Part shown: piece after piece, positions 1 to 10,134 of the stretch
Numbering within the stretch: the first letter of the stretch is position 1
Layout of the letters: every line of letters starts with the position of its first letter
DNA from: Candidatus Zixiibacteriota bacterium
GTDB taxonomy: Bacteria > RBG-13-66-14 > B26-G2 > WVWN01
DNA: 64,000 nucleotides
Direction: 5' to 3'
Assembly: GCA_050117845.1 (NCBI GenBank)
Contig: JASFLY010000006.1
Location: 32,001 to 96,000 of the forward strand
Translations under genes and position numbers: made by a program
The notes under the pieces: generated by a model
The model's database searches: none
The model's input: only the letters and a program-made list of their open reading frames with translations
What the model was told of the DNA's origin: nothing

Positions 1-36
1 GCTCTCATGCCGTACGTGCGCGAACTCTACCGCTAG
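1..36 (+). CDS. rpsR: 3' end of 30S ribosomal protein S18 (partial)
   Basis: Frame 1 reads ALMPYVRELYR*, like the S18 C-terminal ALLPY motif; lies immediately upstream of rplI. Confidence 0.7.
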   Translation, partial: ALMPYVRELYR

Positions 37-59
37 GGCAAACTACTTTCGGGAAAGCT

Positions 60-509
60 ATGGAACTTATACTATTAAAGAACGTTGATAAGCTGGGGCC
101 GCGCGGCGCTATCGTAAAAGTAGCGCCCGGGTACGCCCGCAATTACCTCATCCCCCAGGGCCTCGGGACGCCGGTCACGGCGAAGAACCGGGCCGCGCTC
201 GAAGCCGAAGTCGAACGGGCCGGCCGGCGGGAGGAGCGTCTCCGCGCCGGAGCCGAGGAGGCCGCGGCGAAGTTCGTCGACGTGTCTCTCCGGTTCGAGA
301 AGCTGTGCAACGAGAGCGGCGAGCTTTACGGAAGCGTTACGGCCGCGGAAGTGGCGGAAGCCCTGGCCGAACGCGGCTTCGAGGTAGATAAAAAACAGGT
401 GCTGTTCGACGAAACGCCGTCCCACATCGGGATCTTCGCGGCGCATATCAAGTTCGCGGAGGGCGTCGAGGCGTCGGTTTCGATTACGGTCGTAAAACCG
501 GAGGAGTAG
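60..509 (+). CDS. rplI: 50S ribosomal protein L9
   Basis: LG..G.IVKVAPGYARNYLIP and GELYGSVT motifs; 149 aa. Confidence 0.97.
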   Translation: MELILLKNVDKLGPRGAIVKVAPGYARNYLIPQGLGTPVTAKNRAALEAEVERAGRREERLRAGAEEAAAKFVDVSLRFEKLCNESGELYGSVTAAEVAEALAERGFEVDKKQVLFDETPSHIGIFAAHIKFAEGVEASVSITVVKPEE

Positions 510-513
510 CGCG

Positions 514-1893
514 GTGGCCGAGGCGCGGGAATATCCCCAGAGCCCGGATGCCGAGCGCGCGGTGCTCGGGGCCATGGTCCTCGACCGCGACGCTTTGCAC
601 GAGGGTCTGGAGCGGCTCGAGGAGGACTCCTTTTTCGCGCCCGCACACCGTCACGTTTTTTCGGGCCTGTTGGAGCTCTTTCGGAGTGAGGCCGACGTCG
701 ACGTCGTTACCCTCGCCGACGCCCTCAAACGGCTCGGCAAACTCAAGGACGCCGGCGGCACGCAGTACCTCCTATCCCTGGTCGAGGACATTACGACCGT
801 CGCCTCCTTCAAGCACCACCTCCGAGTGCTGGAGGACAAGTACCTTCTCCGCTCGCTTATAAACGTCTCCGTGGACCTCGCGGCCCGGGCGACCGCCGAG
901 AGGGAAGACCCGCACATGCTGGTCGACGAGACCGAGGCCCAGGTCTTCGCCATCGCGGAAAGGCGCCTTCGCCAGGACTTCGTGGCGGTGGGCGACGTCG
1001 TGGGCGGCGTCTACGATGCCATAGAGGCGCGCTCCAAGAATAAGGACCACATCTCGGGCCTGGAGACCGGCTACCTCGAGATAGATGATCTCACGGGCGG
1101 CTTCCAGCGGCAAAACCTTATCATCCTCGCCGCCCGGCCGGGTGTGGGGAAGACGGCGCTGGCTCTCAATATGGCCCAGAACATCGCCGTCGAACGCGGC
1201 ATCCCGGTAGCGGTGTTCTCGCTCGAGATGTCGCGCGAAGCGCTGGCCCACCGTCTGTTGTGCTCCGTCGCCCGCGTAGACCTATCGGTGGCGCGGACGG
1301 GGCGGTTGTCGTCTCTTATGTGGCGCCCCCTGACCGAGGCCGTCAACAAGCTTTCGGACGCGCCGGTCTACATCGACGATTCGCCCGCCCTTAATATTTT
1401 GGAGATTCGGGCCAAGGCGCGGCGTGTCAAGGCCCGCCGCGACGTTCAATTAATAGTAGTCGACTATCTTCAGATGGTCCACGGTTACGGCCGCTACGAG
1501 AACCGCCAGACGGAAATCGCGGCCGTATCGTCGTTTTTGAAGGCGCTGGCCAAGGAGCTGAACGTGCCGGTTTTGGCCTGCGCCCAGCTCAGCCGGGCGG
1601 TCGAGCGCCGCGTCTCCGGGGAGCCCCAACTCTCCGACCTTCGCGAATCGGGCGCCATAGAGCAGGACGCCGACGTTGTGATGTTCCTGCACCGGCCTTT
1701 GACCGAGGGTGAGGAGGACGACGGCGGCGACCAGCATTTCGCCGAGACCGACGTAATCCTGGCCAAACAGCGCAACGGCCCCACCGGCCGCGTTAAACTA
1801 ATGTTTATACGGAAATACACTCGCTTCGAAAACGCGGCCCGCCGCGAAGAATCGTACGTGCCGCCGGTTTCGAGCGCGGAGGAGGCGTTCTAG
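514..1893 (+). CDS. dnaB: Replicative DNA helicase
   Basis: PQS.DAERAVLG, Walker A AARPGVGKT, VVDYLQ, QLSR, DLRESGAIEQDAD, KQRNGPTG. Confidence 0.97.
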   Translation: MAEAREYPQSPDAERAVLGAMVLDRDALHEGLERLEEDSFFAPAHRHVFSGLLELFRSEADVDVVTLADALKRLGKLKDAGGTQYLLSLVEDITTVASFKHHLRVLEDKYLLRSLINVSVDLAARATAEREDPHMLVDETEAQVFAIAERRLRQDFVAVGDVVGGVYDAIEARSKNKDHISGLETGYLEIDDLTGGFQRQNLIILAARPGVGKTALALNMAQNIAVERGIPVAVFSLEMSREALAHRLLCSVARVDLSVARTGRLSSLMWRPLTEAVNKLSDAPVYIDDSPALNILEIRAKARRVKARRDVQLIVVDYLQMVHGYGRYENRQTEIAAVSSFLKALAKELNVPVLACAQLSRAVERRVSGEPQLSDLRESGAIEQDADVVMFLHRPLTEGEEDDGGDQHFAETDVILAKQRNGPTGRVKLMFIRKYTRFENAARREESYVPPVSSAEEAF

Positions 1894-1896
1894 GCC

Positions 1897-3165
1897 GTGG
1901 CCGCGGAACGGAGCCGAGCGGCCGCCGGGATATCGCCGGGACTCGAGGCCGGCGCGGAGAATAACGGCGCCGAACGCGGCCGCCCCGTGGCGGACCGCGA
2001 CCTTTGGCAGAACCGCGTCTACGTGGACGTCGACGCCTTCGCCCGCAACGTCCGGGCCATTAGGGCCCACATAGGCCGGCACCGCGAATTCATGGCCGTG
2101 GTCAAGGACGACGCCTACGGCCACGGCGCCGCCGTGCTGGGGCGGGTGGCGGTGGCGGAGGGCGTGGACGTTCTGGGCGTGGTCAACGTGGACGAGGCCC
2201 GGGCCCTGCGCGTTTCGGGCATTACGTCGCCCATCCTGGTGCTGGGCGTGACCGCCCCCGCCGGCGCGACCGAAATCCCCCGATGGGGCCTCTCCACCGT
2301 CGTGTGCCAACTCGAGTTCGCGGAAGCGCTCGAGCTGGGGGCCCGGGAAGCCCGCCAGCGCGTCCCGGTCTTCGTCAAGGTGGATACCGGGATGGGCCGC
2401 TTGGGCCTCGCGGTGCGCGACGTGCCCCGCTTCTGCGACCGCCTGCGCGAGTTCCCGCACCTCTCCCTGCAGGGACTGATAACCCATTTACCGGACGCCG
2501 ACGACAAGGAATTCTCGCACGGCCAGGTGGCCGCATTCCAGGGTCTCATCGCCGACGTGCGGAGCCGCGGATACCCCCTGCCGCGCAATCACCTCGCCAA
2601 CAGCGCCGCCGTACTGAACATGCCGGAAGGGTACTTCAACATGGTCCGCGCCGGCATAATCCTCTACGGCCTCTACCCCTCGGACGCCGCCGCCCGGCCG
2701 GTGGAACTCGACCCGGTTATGAGTTACCGGACGCCGGTTATCTTCTCGAAGGAAGTCCGGGGCGGCGATACGGTATCGTACAAGCGCGTTTACGAGGCCC
2801 CGGAGGATACCACCGTCGCGACGACGCCCCTGGGCTATCGCCACGGGTACCTTCGCTTATTGTCCAATCGGGCCGAGGGGTTGTGGCGAGGCCGCCGCGT
2901 ACCGGTGGCGGGCGTGGTCTGTATGGATATGACGATGTTCGACCTCGGGCCGGGGGCGAGGCCCCGCCTGGGAGAAGAGATTACGGTTCTGGGCCGTGAC
3001 GGCAACGAACAGATTACGGCGGACGAAATCGCCGCCCGCGCTGAGACGATATCGTACGAACTCATCACCGCCCTCGGCATGCGGTCACGACGTTACTACC
3101 TGCACGGCGGCCGTCTCGACCCGGAGCCGCGCGAACGCCGGGCCTTGAGCGGCCAGTATTTCTGA
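1897..3165 (+). CDS. alr: Alanine racemase (start may instead be GTG at 1987)
   Basis: MAVVKDDAYGHG PLP-lysine motif, KVDTGMGRLG, HLANSA, VCMD, TISYE. Confidence 0.93.
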   Translation: MAAERSRAAAGISPGLEAGAENNGAERGRPVADRDLWQNRVYVDVDAFARNVRAIRAHIGRHREFMAVVKDDAYGHGAAVLGRVAVAEGVDVLGVVNVDEARALRVSGITSPILVLGVTAPAGATEIPRWGLSTVVCQLEFAEALELGAREARQRVPVFVKVDTGMGRLGLAVRDVPRFCDRLREFPHLSLQGLITHLPDADDKEFSHGQVAAFQGLIADVRSRGYPLPRNHLANSAAVLNMPEGYFNMVRAGIILYGLYPSDAAARPVELDPVMSYRTPVIFSKEVRGGDTVSYKRVYEAPEDTTVATTPLGYRHGYLRLLSNRAEGLWRGRRVPVAGVVCMDMTMFDLGPGARPRLGEEITVLGRDGNEQITADEIAARAETISYELITALGMRSRRYYLHGGRLDPEPRERRALSGQYF

Positions 3166-3205
3166 TAACCCGGCCGTCGGGCGCGTACGCCCGGCGGTAA
3201 AATAT

Positions 3206-4342
3206 ATGTTCTGGTTCCGAACTGGCTTAGAGGCTTGCGCGGCCGCCGCTTTGGCGGCCGTTGTCTATCATTACGTCGGCTACCCGGCCCTGCTGTGGGT
3301 GGTCGGGTTGTTCGTCGGGAGGCGGCGCCCGGCGCCGGACCCGGCGGCCCGGCCGTCGTTGTCGGTTATAATCCCGTGTCACAACGAGGCCGGGAGCCTG
3401 CCCGGCAAACTGGAAGATTTAAAGGCCGCCGACTACCCGGCCGACCGGCTCGAGATCATCGTCGTGTCGGACGGCTCGGACGACGGGACCGAGGAAGCGG
3501 CGGGCCGCTGCGACGGCGTACGCGTTCTGGCTTGGCCCGAGCGGCGCGGCAAACCGGCCGCGCTCAACGCCGGCGCCGAGGCGGCCTCGGGCGATATCCT
3601 TGTTTTTACCGACGCCAACGCCCGCATCCCCGGCGACGCCCTAGCGGAACTCGTCGCCCCCTTCGCGGACGCCGCCGTGGGCGCGGTGTGCGGCGAGCAG
3701 GTTATTTCGCGCGGGGCGAAGTCGGAAGGGATGTACTGGCGCCTGGAGAGTCTGGTCAAGCGGCTCGAGGCCGGCGTAGGGTCGGTCGTCGGCGCGGATG
3801 GTTCGCTCTACGCCGTGCGGCGGGAGCTGTACCGCCCCGTGCCGGCCGACCGCCTCATTATGGACGACTTTTACGTATCGCTCTCGGTGGTCGCGGCGGG
3901 GCGCCGGTTGGCTTACGCCCCCCGGGCCGTGGCGCACGAGGAGGCGCTGGACGACGGCCGGCGGGAATTCCGTCGTAAGGCCCGCATAATGGCCGGGTCG
4001 CTCGCGGCCCTGTCGGCCCTGCCGACGAGTATCTGGCGGCGGATCCCGTTCCAGCTGTACTCGCATAAGGTATTGAGGTGGCTCGGGCCGGCGTTCCTCG
4101 TGGCGGCGATCTTCGCGTCGGCCGGCGCGGCGGCGCTCGGAAGCACGGCGGGCGCGGCGCTCCTCGCGGCCCAACTCTTGTTTTATGTTTGCGCGGTGGC
4201 GGGCTGGGTCCTGGGCGGCGGGCGGGCGCCGTTCGTTTTCCGGGCGCCCTTTTTCTTCGTGATGGCTAACGCGGCGCTTGGCGCCGGATGGTTGGAATAT
4301 TTCGCGGGCCGCAACGAAGCGGCGTGGGATAAATTGCGCTAA
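3206..4342 (+). CDS. Glycosyltransferase family 2, membrane-bound
   Basis: SVIIPCHNE, SDGSDDGT, GKPAALN, FTDAN, DDF, EFRRKAR; C-terminal TM helices. Confidence 0.9.
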   Translation: MFWFRTGLEACAAAALAAVVYHYVGYPALLWVVGLFVGRRRPAPDPAARPSLSVIIPCHNEAGSLPGKLEDLKAADYPADRLEIIVVSDGSDDGTEEAAGRCDGVRVLAWPERRGKPAALNAGAEAASGDILVFTDANARIPGDALAELVAPFADAAVGAVCGEQVISRGAKSEGMYWRLESLVKRLEAGVGSVVGADGSLYAVRRELYRPVPADRLIMDDFYVSLSVVAAGRRLAYAPRAVAHEEALDDGRREFRRKARIMAGSLAALSALPTSIWRRIPFQLYSHKVLRWLGPAFLVAAIFASAGAAALGSTAGAALLAAQLLFYVCAVAGWVLGGGRAPFVFRAPFFFVMANAALGAGWLEYFAGRNEAAWDKLR

Positions 4343-4362
4343 CGAGACCGTGGAGGTTTACC

Positions 4363-6210
4363 GTGAAGCGTTTAATGATAATCGGGTTATTAACGGGCAT
4401 GGCCGCGGCCGCGGCTTCGCCCCTGTCTCTTGTCGAAGTGGATGTCGCGGATGCCGGGGACTTCGAAGCTTTCAGGGCCGACCTCGACTCGCGGTGTATA
4501 CTCGTAGGCGGATACGCCTATACGGCCGTGGCCGAGGAGGATTTGCCGACCTTCGACGCGGCCGGCCGGACGTGGAGCGTCGTCGTTGCGGCCTCCGCGG
4601 AGGAGCGTTTCTTGGTATTGCCGGGGGCGGCGGCCTACGACGGACGGTACGTCCGGACGCGGGACCTGGCCGGCGGCAACGTCGTTTATATCCTTGATGC
4701 CGGCGACGCGGCGACGTTGATACCGCTTTACGCGTTCAACGTGCTGGGGCCGGCGCCGGCCGAGTACGAGAGGCCGGAGCGCGTCGGCGCGCTGTACGAC
4801 CCCGAGGAAGCGGCCGCGACGGAGCGGGTGTCGCAGGCGCGGCTTATATCGGACGTTACCACTTTGCAGGATTTCTACTCCCGTTACGTTTTGTACCACG
4901 GCAACGCGGCGGCCACGGCTTTCCTCGAGGAGGAATACCGGGAAATTATCCGAACAGAGGTTGAGCGGCAGTACTTCCCGCTCGAGATTCCGGCCGGTTC
5001 CGCCGAAATTGCCAACGTCGTCGCCGTTATTCCGGGGGTGCTCAATCCCGACCAACAGATCGTGGTAGGCGCTCATTTCGACTCCTTTACGTTCGCGGGC
5101 GGCGATTCGGTAGCGCCGGGGGCGGACGACAACGCGTCCGGTACGGCCGCGGTGCTGGAATGCGCTCGCATACTCAGCGGCTACGCGTTCGACCGGACGC
5201 TCGTATTCGTCGCGTTCAACGCCGAGGAAGTCGGCCTCTACGGCAGCACTTATTACGCGGACGCCGCCCTGGCGCGGGGCGACGACATCCGGGGTATGAT
5301 AAACCTGGATATGGTGGCATACGAGGCCGGCCCGACCTACGACGGCACCGTCATCTCCGACGGAGCCTCGCTCGATATGGCCGAGCTGATGGCGTCCAAG
5401 GCGGAGAGGTATACGACGGTCGAGATGGGAGCGACGTCGAGCTCGACCGAATGGTCGGACCACGCGCCGTTCTGGGAAAACGGGTACCGGGCTATATGGG
5501 AGTACGAGGGGTGGTCCGACGCCAGTCCCTTCATTCATACATACGAGGATAACGTCGAGAGCCTGAATTCCGATTTCTTCGTGGAGATGACCCGCGTCCT
5601 GGTGGCCACGGCGTACGACCTCGCCGGCCCGAACAAGTCTCCGCTCATGGGGATAGTCCGGCCGGACGGTTCGGATTACGCTGACGAGGCTTACACCGTC
5701 AGCTGGTGGGACGTGGACCAGGACGACGTGGGGCGCGACGCCGAGATTTCGCTGTACTGGGCCGAAGACAACACCGGCGAGGACGGTACTCTCATCGCGG
5801 CCGGCATAGCGCAAAACGACGAGGGGAACCGCGGCTCGTACGAATGGGACACGTCGGCGCTGGCGGCCGGCCGCTATTACGTCTACGGCGTCATCGACGA
5901 CGGCGTTAACGACTCGTATACGGCGCCGAGCGTGGGGCCGCTACGCGTCACGCACGATTCCCGGGTGGTGGCGTACCCCAATCCGGTCCGGCCTCGGGAC
6001 GGCGGTTCGGAAGTGACCTTCGCCGGCGTCTTGCCCGGCGATACGATCGTTATATACGACCTGGCGGGCACGAAAGTGGCGGAGCTCACTCCCAAGGGCC
6101 CGAGCACCACGTGGGACGCGGGCGGCCTCGCCGGGGGCGTTTACATCTACCGGGTCGAGTCGAGCGTGATGGCCGAAACGGCGTCCGGGAAGATAGCGGT
6201 ACTCAAGTGA
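4363..6210 (+). CDS. Secreted M28 family metallopeptidase with C-terminal T9SS/FlgD-Ig-like domain
   Basis: Signal peptide; GAHFDS, PGADDNASG, AEEVGLYGS, NLDM, SDH; C-terminal AYPNP...WD...GVYIYRV...KIAVLK. Confidence 0.88.
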   Translation: MKRLMIIGLLTGMAAAAASPLSLVEVDVADAGDFEAFRADLDSRCILVGGYAYTAVAEEDLPTFDAAGRTWSVVVAASAEERFLVLPGAAAYDGRYVRTRDLAGGNVVYILDAGDAATLIPLYAFNVLGPAPAEYERPERVGALYDPEEAAATERVSQARLISDVTTLQDFYSRYVLYHGNAAATAFLEEEYREIIRTEVERQYFPLEIPAGSAEIANVVAVIPGVLNPDQQIVVGAHFDSFTFAGGDSVAPGADDNASGTAAVLECARILSGYAFDRTLVFVAFNAEEVGLYGSTYYADAALARGDDIRGMINLDMVAYEAGPTYDGTVISDGASLDMAELMASKAERYTTVEMGATSSSTEWSDHAPFWENGYRAIWEYEGWSDASPFIHTYEDNVESLNSDFFVEMTRVLVATAYDLAGPNKSPLMGIVRPDGSDYADEAYTVSWWDVDQDDVGRDAEISLYWAEDNTGEDGTLIAAGIAQNDEGNRGSYEWDTSALAAGRYYVYGVIDDGVNDSYTAPSVGPLRVTHDSRVVAYPNPVRPRDGGSEVTFAGVLPGDTIVIYDLAGTKVAELTPKGPSTTWDAGGLAGGVYIYRVESSVMAETASGKIAVLK

Positions 6211-7223
6211 GGCGCGCCTGCGTATACGCGGCGTTGTTGCTAATGGCGGCGGCCGGTTGCGGCCGGGGGCCGGCCGACTATACCGCTGGCGGCAAGGCTA
6301 TGGGGACGGTGGTCTCGGCCCGGGCGATCGCGCCGGACGAGGAGACGGCCCGGCGGGCGGCGGAGGCCGCGCTCGCGGCCCTGGCCGAGGCGGAGGATAT
6401 AGCGTCCTATTACGACCCGGATAGCGAGTTGAGCCGCGTCAATCGGGAGGCGGGCGAAAGGCCGGTCCCGATATCCCCGGATTTATTCGAACTCCTGGAA
6501 CTGGCCCGGGAGACGGCCGAAGCCAGCGGCGGGTACTTCGACCCCACGGTAGCCCCCGTTATCGCGGCGTACGGCATAAAGGACAAGGCGCCGCGCTGGC
6601 CGGATGACGAGGAGTTGGCCGGCGTGATGGAGGGCGTCGGATACGAGGGAATAATCCTTGACGCCGGCAATATGACGGTGGCTTACGCGCACCCGGCGAT
6701 GGTCGTCGACCTCTCCGGGATAGCGAAAGGTTGGGCTGTGGACCGGGCCCGGGCGGCGATGGAGGCCGCGGGCGCCACGGCCGGTATCGTCGAGGCGGGC
6801 GGCGAGGTGGCTTGTTTCGGCGGGGGCCCCGGGGCCGAGGAGGCGTGGCGCGTGGGCGTCAAGCACCCGGCCGGCGAGGGCCTGTACGGGACTTTCGAAC
6901 TCGGCGAGGGGGCCTGCGCCACCTCGGGAGGATACGAACAGAAGTACGAGGCGGACGGCCATAAATTCAGCCACCTCTTCGACCCGACGACGGGTCGGCC
7001 GGCGGCGACGGGGCCGGCGGGTGTAACCGTAACGGCGGCCACCTGCGCCGAGGCGGACGCCTGGGCGACCGCGCTGGCGGTTATACCGGCGGCCGAGGCC
7101 GGCCGGATGATTAAACGCGCCGAGGGCCCCGGTAGTCTAATACTGAAGGAGGACGGTAAAAAGATAATTCCGGAAATATGCGGGAATTTCCCGGAAATAA
7201 AGGAATTATCGGGGCGGGAATAG
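6207..7223 (+). CDS. apbE: FAD:protein FMN transferase lipoprotein
   Basis: GTG start overlaps the upstream TGA; lipobox AAGC; MGT, SELSRVN, FDPTV, DLSGIAKGWAVD, ATSGGY, HLFDP, ADAWATA. Confidence 0.9.
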   Translation: MRRACVYAALLLMAAAGCGRGPADYTAGGKAMGTVVSARAIAPDEETARRAAEAALAALAEAEDIASYYDPDSELSRVNREAGERPVPISPDLFELLELARETAEASGGYFDPTVAPVIAAYGIKDKAPRWPDDEELAGVMEGVGYEGIILDAGNMTVAYAHPAMVVDLSGIAKGWAVDRARAAMEAAGATAGIVEAGGEVACFGGGPGAEEAWRVGVKHPAGEGLYGTFELGEGACATSGGYEQKYEADGHKFSHLFDPTTGRPAATGPAGVTVTAATCAEADAWATALAVIPAAEAGRMIKRAEGPGSLILKEDGKKIIPEICGNFPEIKELSGRE

Positions 7224-7296
7224 TTTGCACCTTCCCTTGTATTGGTAAAGTCTTTGTGGTATAATTGGATTAGGTATACGAAAGAAGCGTGTTTAT

Positions 7297-7791
7297 ATGA
7301 CAACCGATTTAATGGAAATGCGCGTGGCCGTGGTTACCCACGACCCGAACTCGAACCGGCCGGTTCTCATCTTGAAAAATGAGGAGGCCGGTAAAATACT
7401 ACCGATATGGATCGGCCCGTACGAAGCTTATTCGATAATGATGGCTATTGAGGGGGTCGATCCGCCCCGGCCCATGACCCATGACCTCATCAGGAACCTG
7501 ATAGACATCCTGGAGGCGCACGTCGTGCGGGTCGTCGTGAACGACCTGGCCGACAATACGTTCCATGCAAGGATATTTATCGATACCGATGGGGGCATGG
7601 TCGAGGTGGATTCGCGTCCCTCGGACGCTATCGCGATTGCGCTTCGGACCGAGTCACCCATATACGTATCGCGTGATATAATCGAAGTCAACGGCGCGGA
7701 CGCGGAGGTGGAGAGGAAAGAAAGCGACCGCTTACAGAGCTTGCTCGAAAACCTCACGCCCGAGGATTTCGAGTTCGATAAGCCATCGTAG
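7297..7791 (+). CDS. Bifunctional nuclease family protein (DUF151)
   Basis: LPIWIG..EA, RPMTHDL, DSRPSDAIA. Confidence 0.92.
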   Translation: MTTDLMEMRVAVVTHDPNSNRPVLILKNEEAGKILPIWIGPYEAYSIMMAIEGVDPPRPMTHDLIRNLIDILEAHVVRVVVNDLADNTFHARIFIDTDGGMVEVDSRPSDAIAIALRTESPIYVSRDIIEVNGADAEVERKESDRLQSLLENLTPEDFEFDKPS

Positions 7792-7931
7792 GTGCGGTGG
7801 GGGGAGCGGTAACGCTCGTTATACGTTATAACGGCAAACGACGCAATTCATCCCGGCGCCGTCGGGGACGGTTTTAAGAAGCGTTCCCGCGGCCTTTGTT
7901 TTTATAACTTATCATAAGTCGGAGGAATCAC

Positions 7932-8582
7932 ATGCGCAACAAAACGTTATTGGTACTCGCCCTCGTGGCCTTCGTCTCGTTCGGCTTCTTCGCGTGCCAG
8001 AAGAAGGAAGAGGCCCCGACGGTAGAGACGGCCGAAGTGGAAGCCCCGCCTGTCGAAGCTCCCGCCGTAGCGACCCCCGAAGAAGCGGGCCCCGAACCTA
8101 TCGCGCCGCCGGCCGACGTGGCGAAACTCCAGATGCTCGACGGCCTGGCGTACACGATCGACGTAGTCGGTTGGGACAACCCGTTCGCGGCCACCATGTG
8201 CGGCCGGGTCCTGGATGACATCGCTATCCTTTCCGGCGTGGCCGAAGGCGAGGAGAAGGAAACCCTCGCGGCCGTCGAACTCGATTTGCGCGCCGTCAAG
8301 TCCAAGCTGGACGACGTCGTGGCGAACAAGGGCACCCTTACCCAGGAAGAGCTCGACTCCATTAAAGAGACTCTCAAGAGTGCCGACGCCAAGCTGGCCA
8401 AACTCTACGGCTACGCGCCCACCCGCCGCCTGACCGAGGCGGAGGGCGACAAGCTCAAAGAGGGCCACCGCATGCGGGAAGAGAAAGAGAAAGAGGGCGG
8501 CGACCTCAAGAAAGAGAAACTCAAGGAAGGCGGCGACGAGCTGAAGCGGAAGAAGGCCGAAGGCGAAGAGGAAGGCAAGTAA
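7932..8582 (+). CDS. Hypothetical lipoprotein
   Basis: GGAGG RBS; lipobox FFAC; Pro/Ala/Glu linker; Lys/Glu-rich tail. Confidence 0.75.
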   Translation: MRNKTLLVLALVAFVSFGFFACQKKEEAPTVETAEVEAPPVEAPAVATPEEAGPEPIAPPADVAKLQMLDGLAYTIDVVGWDNPFAATMCGRVLDDIAILSGVAEGEEKETLAAVELDLRAVKSKLDDVVANKGTLTQEELDSIKETLKSADAKLAKLYGYAPTRRLTEAEGDKLKEGHRMREEKEKEGGDLKKEKLKEGGDELKRKKAEGEEEGK

Positions 8583-8609
8583 TAAGCCGCCGGTAAGACG
8601 CTAAAAATT

Positions 8610-8637
8610 AACCCCCGGTTTTTTACCGGGGGTTTTT
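8610..8637. terminator. Likely bidirectional intrinsic terminator
   Basis: AACCCCCGGT-N5-ACCGGGGGTT hairpin followed by T run, between convergent genes. Confidence 0.75.
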
Positions 8638-8661
8638 CTATGTCTATTGACGCGGGGGGTC

Positions 8662-10074
8662 TCAGCGGCCCCGCACGAGTTCGATTACCTGCCCCGGGCG
8701 GTAGTATCGGGTCAGGAGTAAAACGCCACCGTAGACCGCGGCCCCGAGGGCGACGTTTACCAGCACCGGCAGCGGCCAGCCCAGCGCCAGCGCCCCCGCC
8801 ATCGCCGCGGCCCCCAGCACCGGCCGGAGGATCAACCGCCACGGGTATAGTTTCTTCATCTTCGCGCCGATTATTATAAGGTTGAAAGTGGTCGTCGCGA
8901 GCGCCGCGGTTACGCCGGCCACGGCCGGCCCGAGGTAGGAGAAATGGGGTATCAGTATCAGATTGACGCTAACCGACACGGCGGCGCCCAGGGCGTTGGA
9001 AGCGAGTACGAGCTTCTGGAGGTCGAACGCGAAGAGCGTGGCCGCGGAGAGTTCGCGGATGAATATGGCCACCAGGGCCCAAATGAGAATCGCCAGGACG
9101 AGCCACCCTTCGGCGTAGTCGGCGCCGTAAATGAAGGGGAAGAGTTTATAGGCCACGATGGAAGTCCCCACGCCGATGGGAACGGCCAGGGCCACGAGGA
9201 ACTTGAACGCCGTGCGCGAGGCGTCCCGGAACGGATCCGGGGAGTCGGGCCAGTACTTCGACAGCATGGGGTAAATGGCCTCGCGGAAGGAACCCGATAC
9301 CAGGACCAGCCCCTCGACGATGCGCGACGAGGCGCCGTAAATGCCGACGGCCCGGTCGCCGGCGAGCATTTTCAAGAGGACGGCGTCGCTGCGCCAGTAG
9401 AGGCTGGCGACGAGGGCGGAGAGCGAAAAGGGCACGGCCTGCCGGATGAAGCCCCGCACGTCGGCCCACGCGACGCGGCCTGTGGGCCGCGCGAACTTGG
9501 CGAAGCAGACAATCGCGGCGAAGAGGACCGAGAGGACGTTGGCGGCGGCGTAGAGGCCGATGACGGGCATGACGCCGGCGCCGACGCTGACGGCGATTAT
9601 TACGAAGGCGAGGGTGCACAGGTTGTTGAATACGAGGACCAGCGCGACGAATTCCATTCGCTCGAAGCCCTGGAATACGTCGGTGAAGGAGGCGAGGATG
9701 CCGGAGAAACCGAGGGCCGCGGCGGCGAGGGCCGCGCCCAACGCCGCGTCGCTGCCGGTGATGAGGTACACCCCCATGGCGACGGCGACGATTACCATCG
9801 CGCCCGCGGCCCGGACGACCAACGATACCGTCAAGTAGCGGGGGGCGTCCTCGCGGCGGCGGGCGATTTCCCGCACGACGAGGGGCGTCATGCCGGCCTG
9901 GAAAATAACGATGACGAGCGTGGCCACGGCGAACGAGAACGTGAACACGCCGAAATCGTCGGCCCCCAGGTGCCGGGCGATGACCACGGCCGCCACGAAG
10001 GAGATAAGCTTGGCGGTGAAGCGCGCGAGCGCGAGCGAGATATAATTCCGGGAGAGGCGGCTTTGGGGGTTCAC
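8662..10074 (-). CDS. Wzx-type oligosaccharide flippase
   Basis: ARHLGADDFG, VREIAR, D..LL..LAGD.AVGIY, NLILIP.F...G.A; many TM helices. Confidence 0.9.
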   Translation of the reverse strand: MNPQSRLSRNYISLALARFTAKLISFVAAVVIARHLGADDFGVFTFSFAVATLVIVIFQAGMTPLVVREIARRREDAPRYLTVSLVVRAAGAMVIVAVAMGVYLITGSDAALGAALAAAALGFSGILASFTDVFQGFERMEFVALVLVFNNLCTLAFVIIAVSVGAGVMPVIGLYAAANVLSVLFAAIVCFAKFARPTGRVAWADVRGFIRQAVPFSLSALVASLYWRSDAVLLKMLAGDRAVGIYGASSRIVEGLVLVSGSFREAIYPMLSKYWPDSPDPFRDASRTAFKFLVALAVPIGVGTSIVAYKLFPFIYGADYAEGWLVLAILIWALVAIFIRELSAATLFAFDLQKLVLASNALGAAVSVSVNLILIPHFSYLGPAVAGVTAALATTTFNLIIIGAKMKKLYPWRLILRPVLGAAAMAGALALGWPLPVLVNVALGAAVYGGVLLLTRYYRPGQVIELVRGR

Positions 10075-10134
10075 GGCAAAAAATTAAGGCCGAACGGTTC
10101 CGTCCGACCGGAAAGGGCGTTTCGGGTCCGGGGC

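Noticed and set aside
7833..7846. c-di-GMP-I riboswitch (GGCAAAC...GACGCAA)
   Set aside because: No room for the P2 stem and GNRA loop between the two motifs
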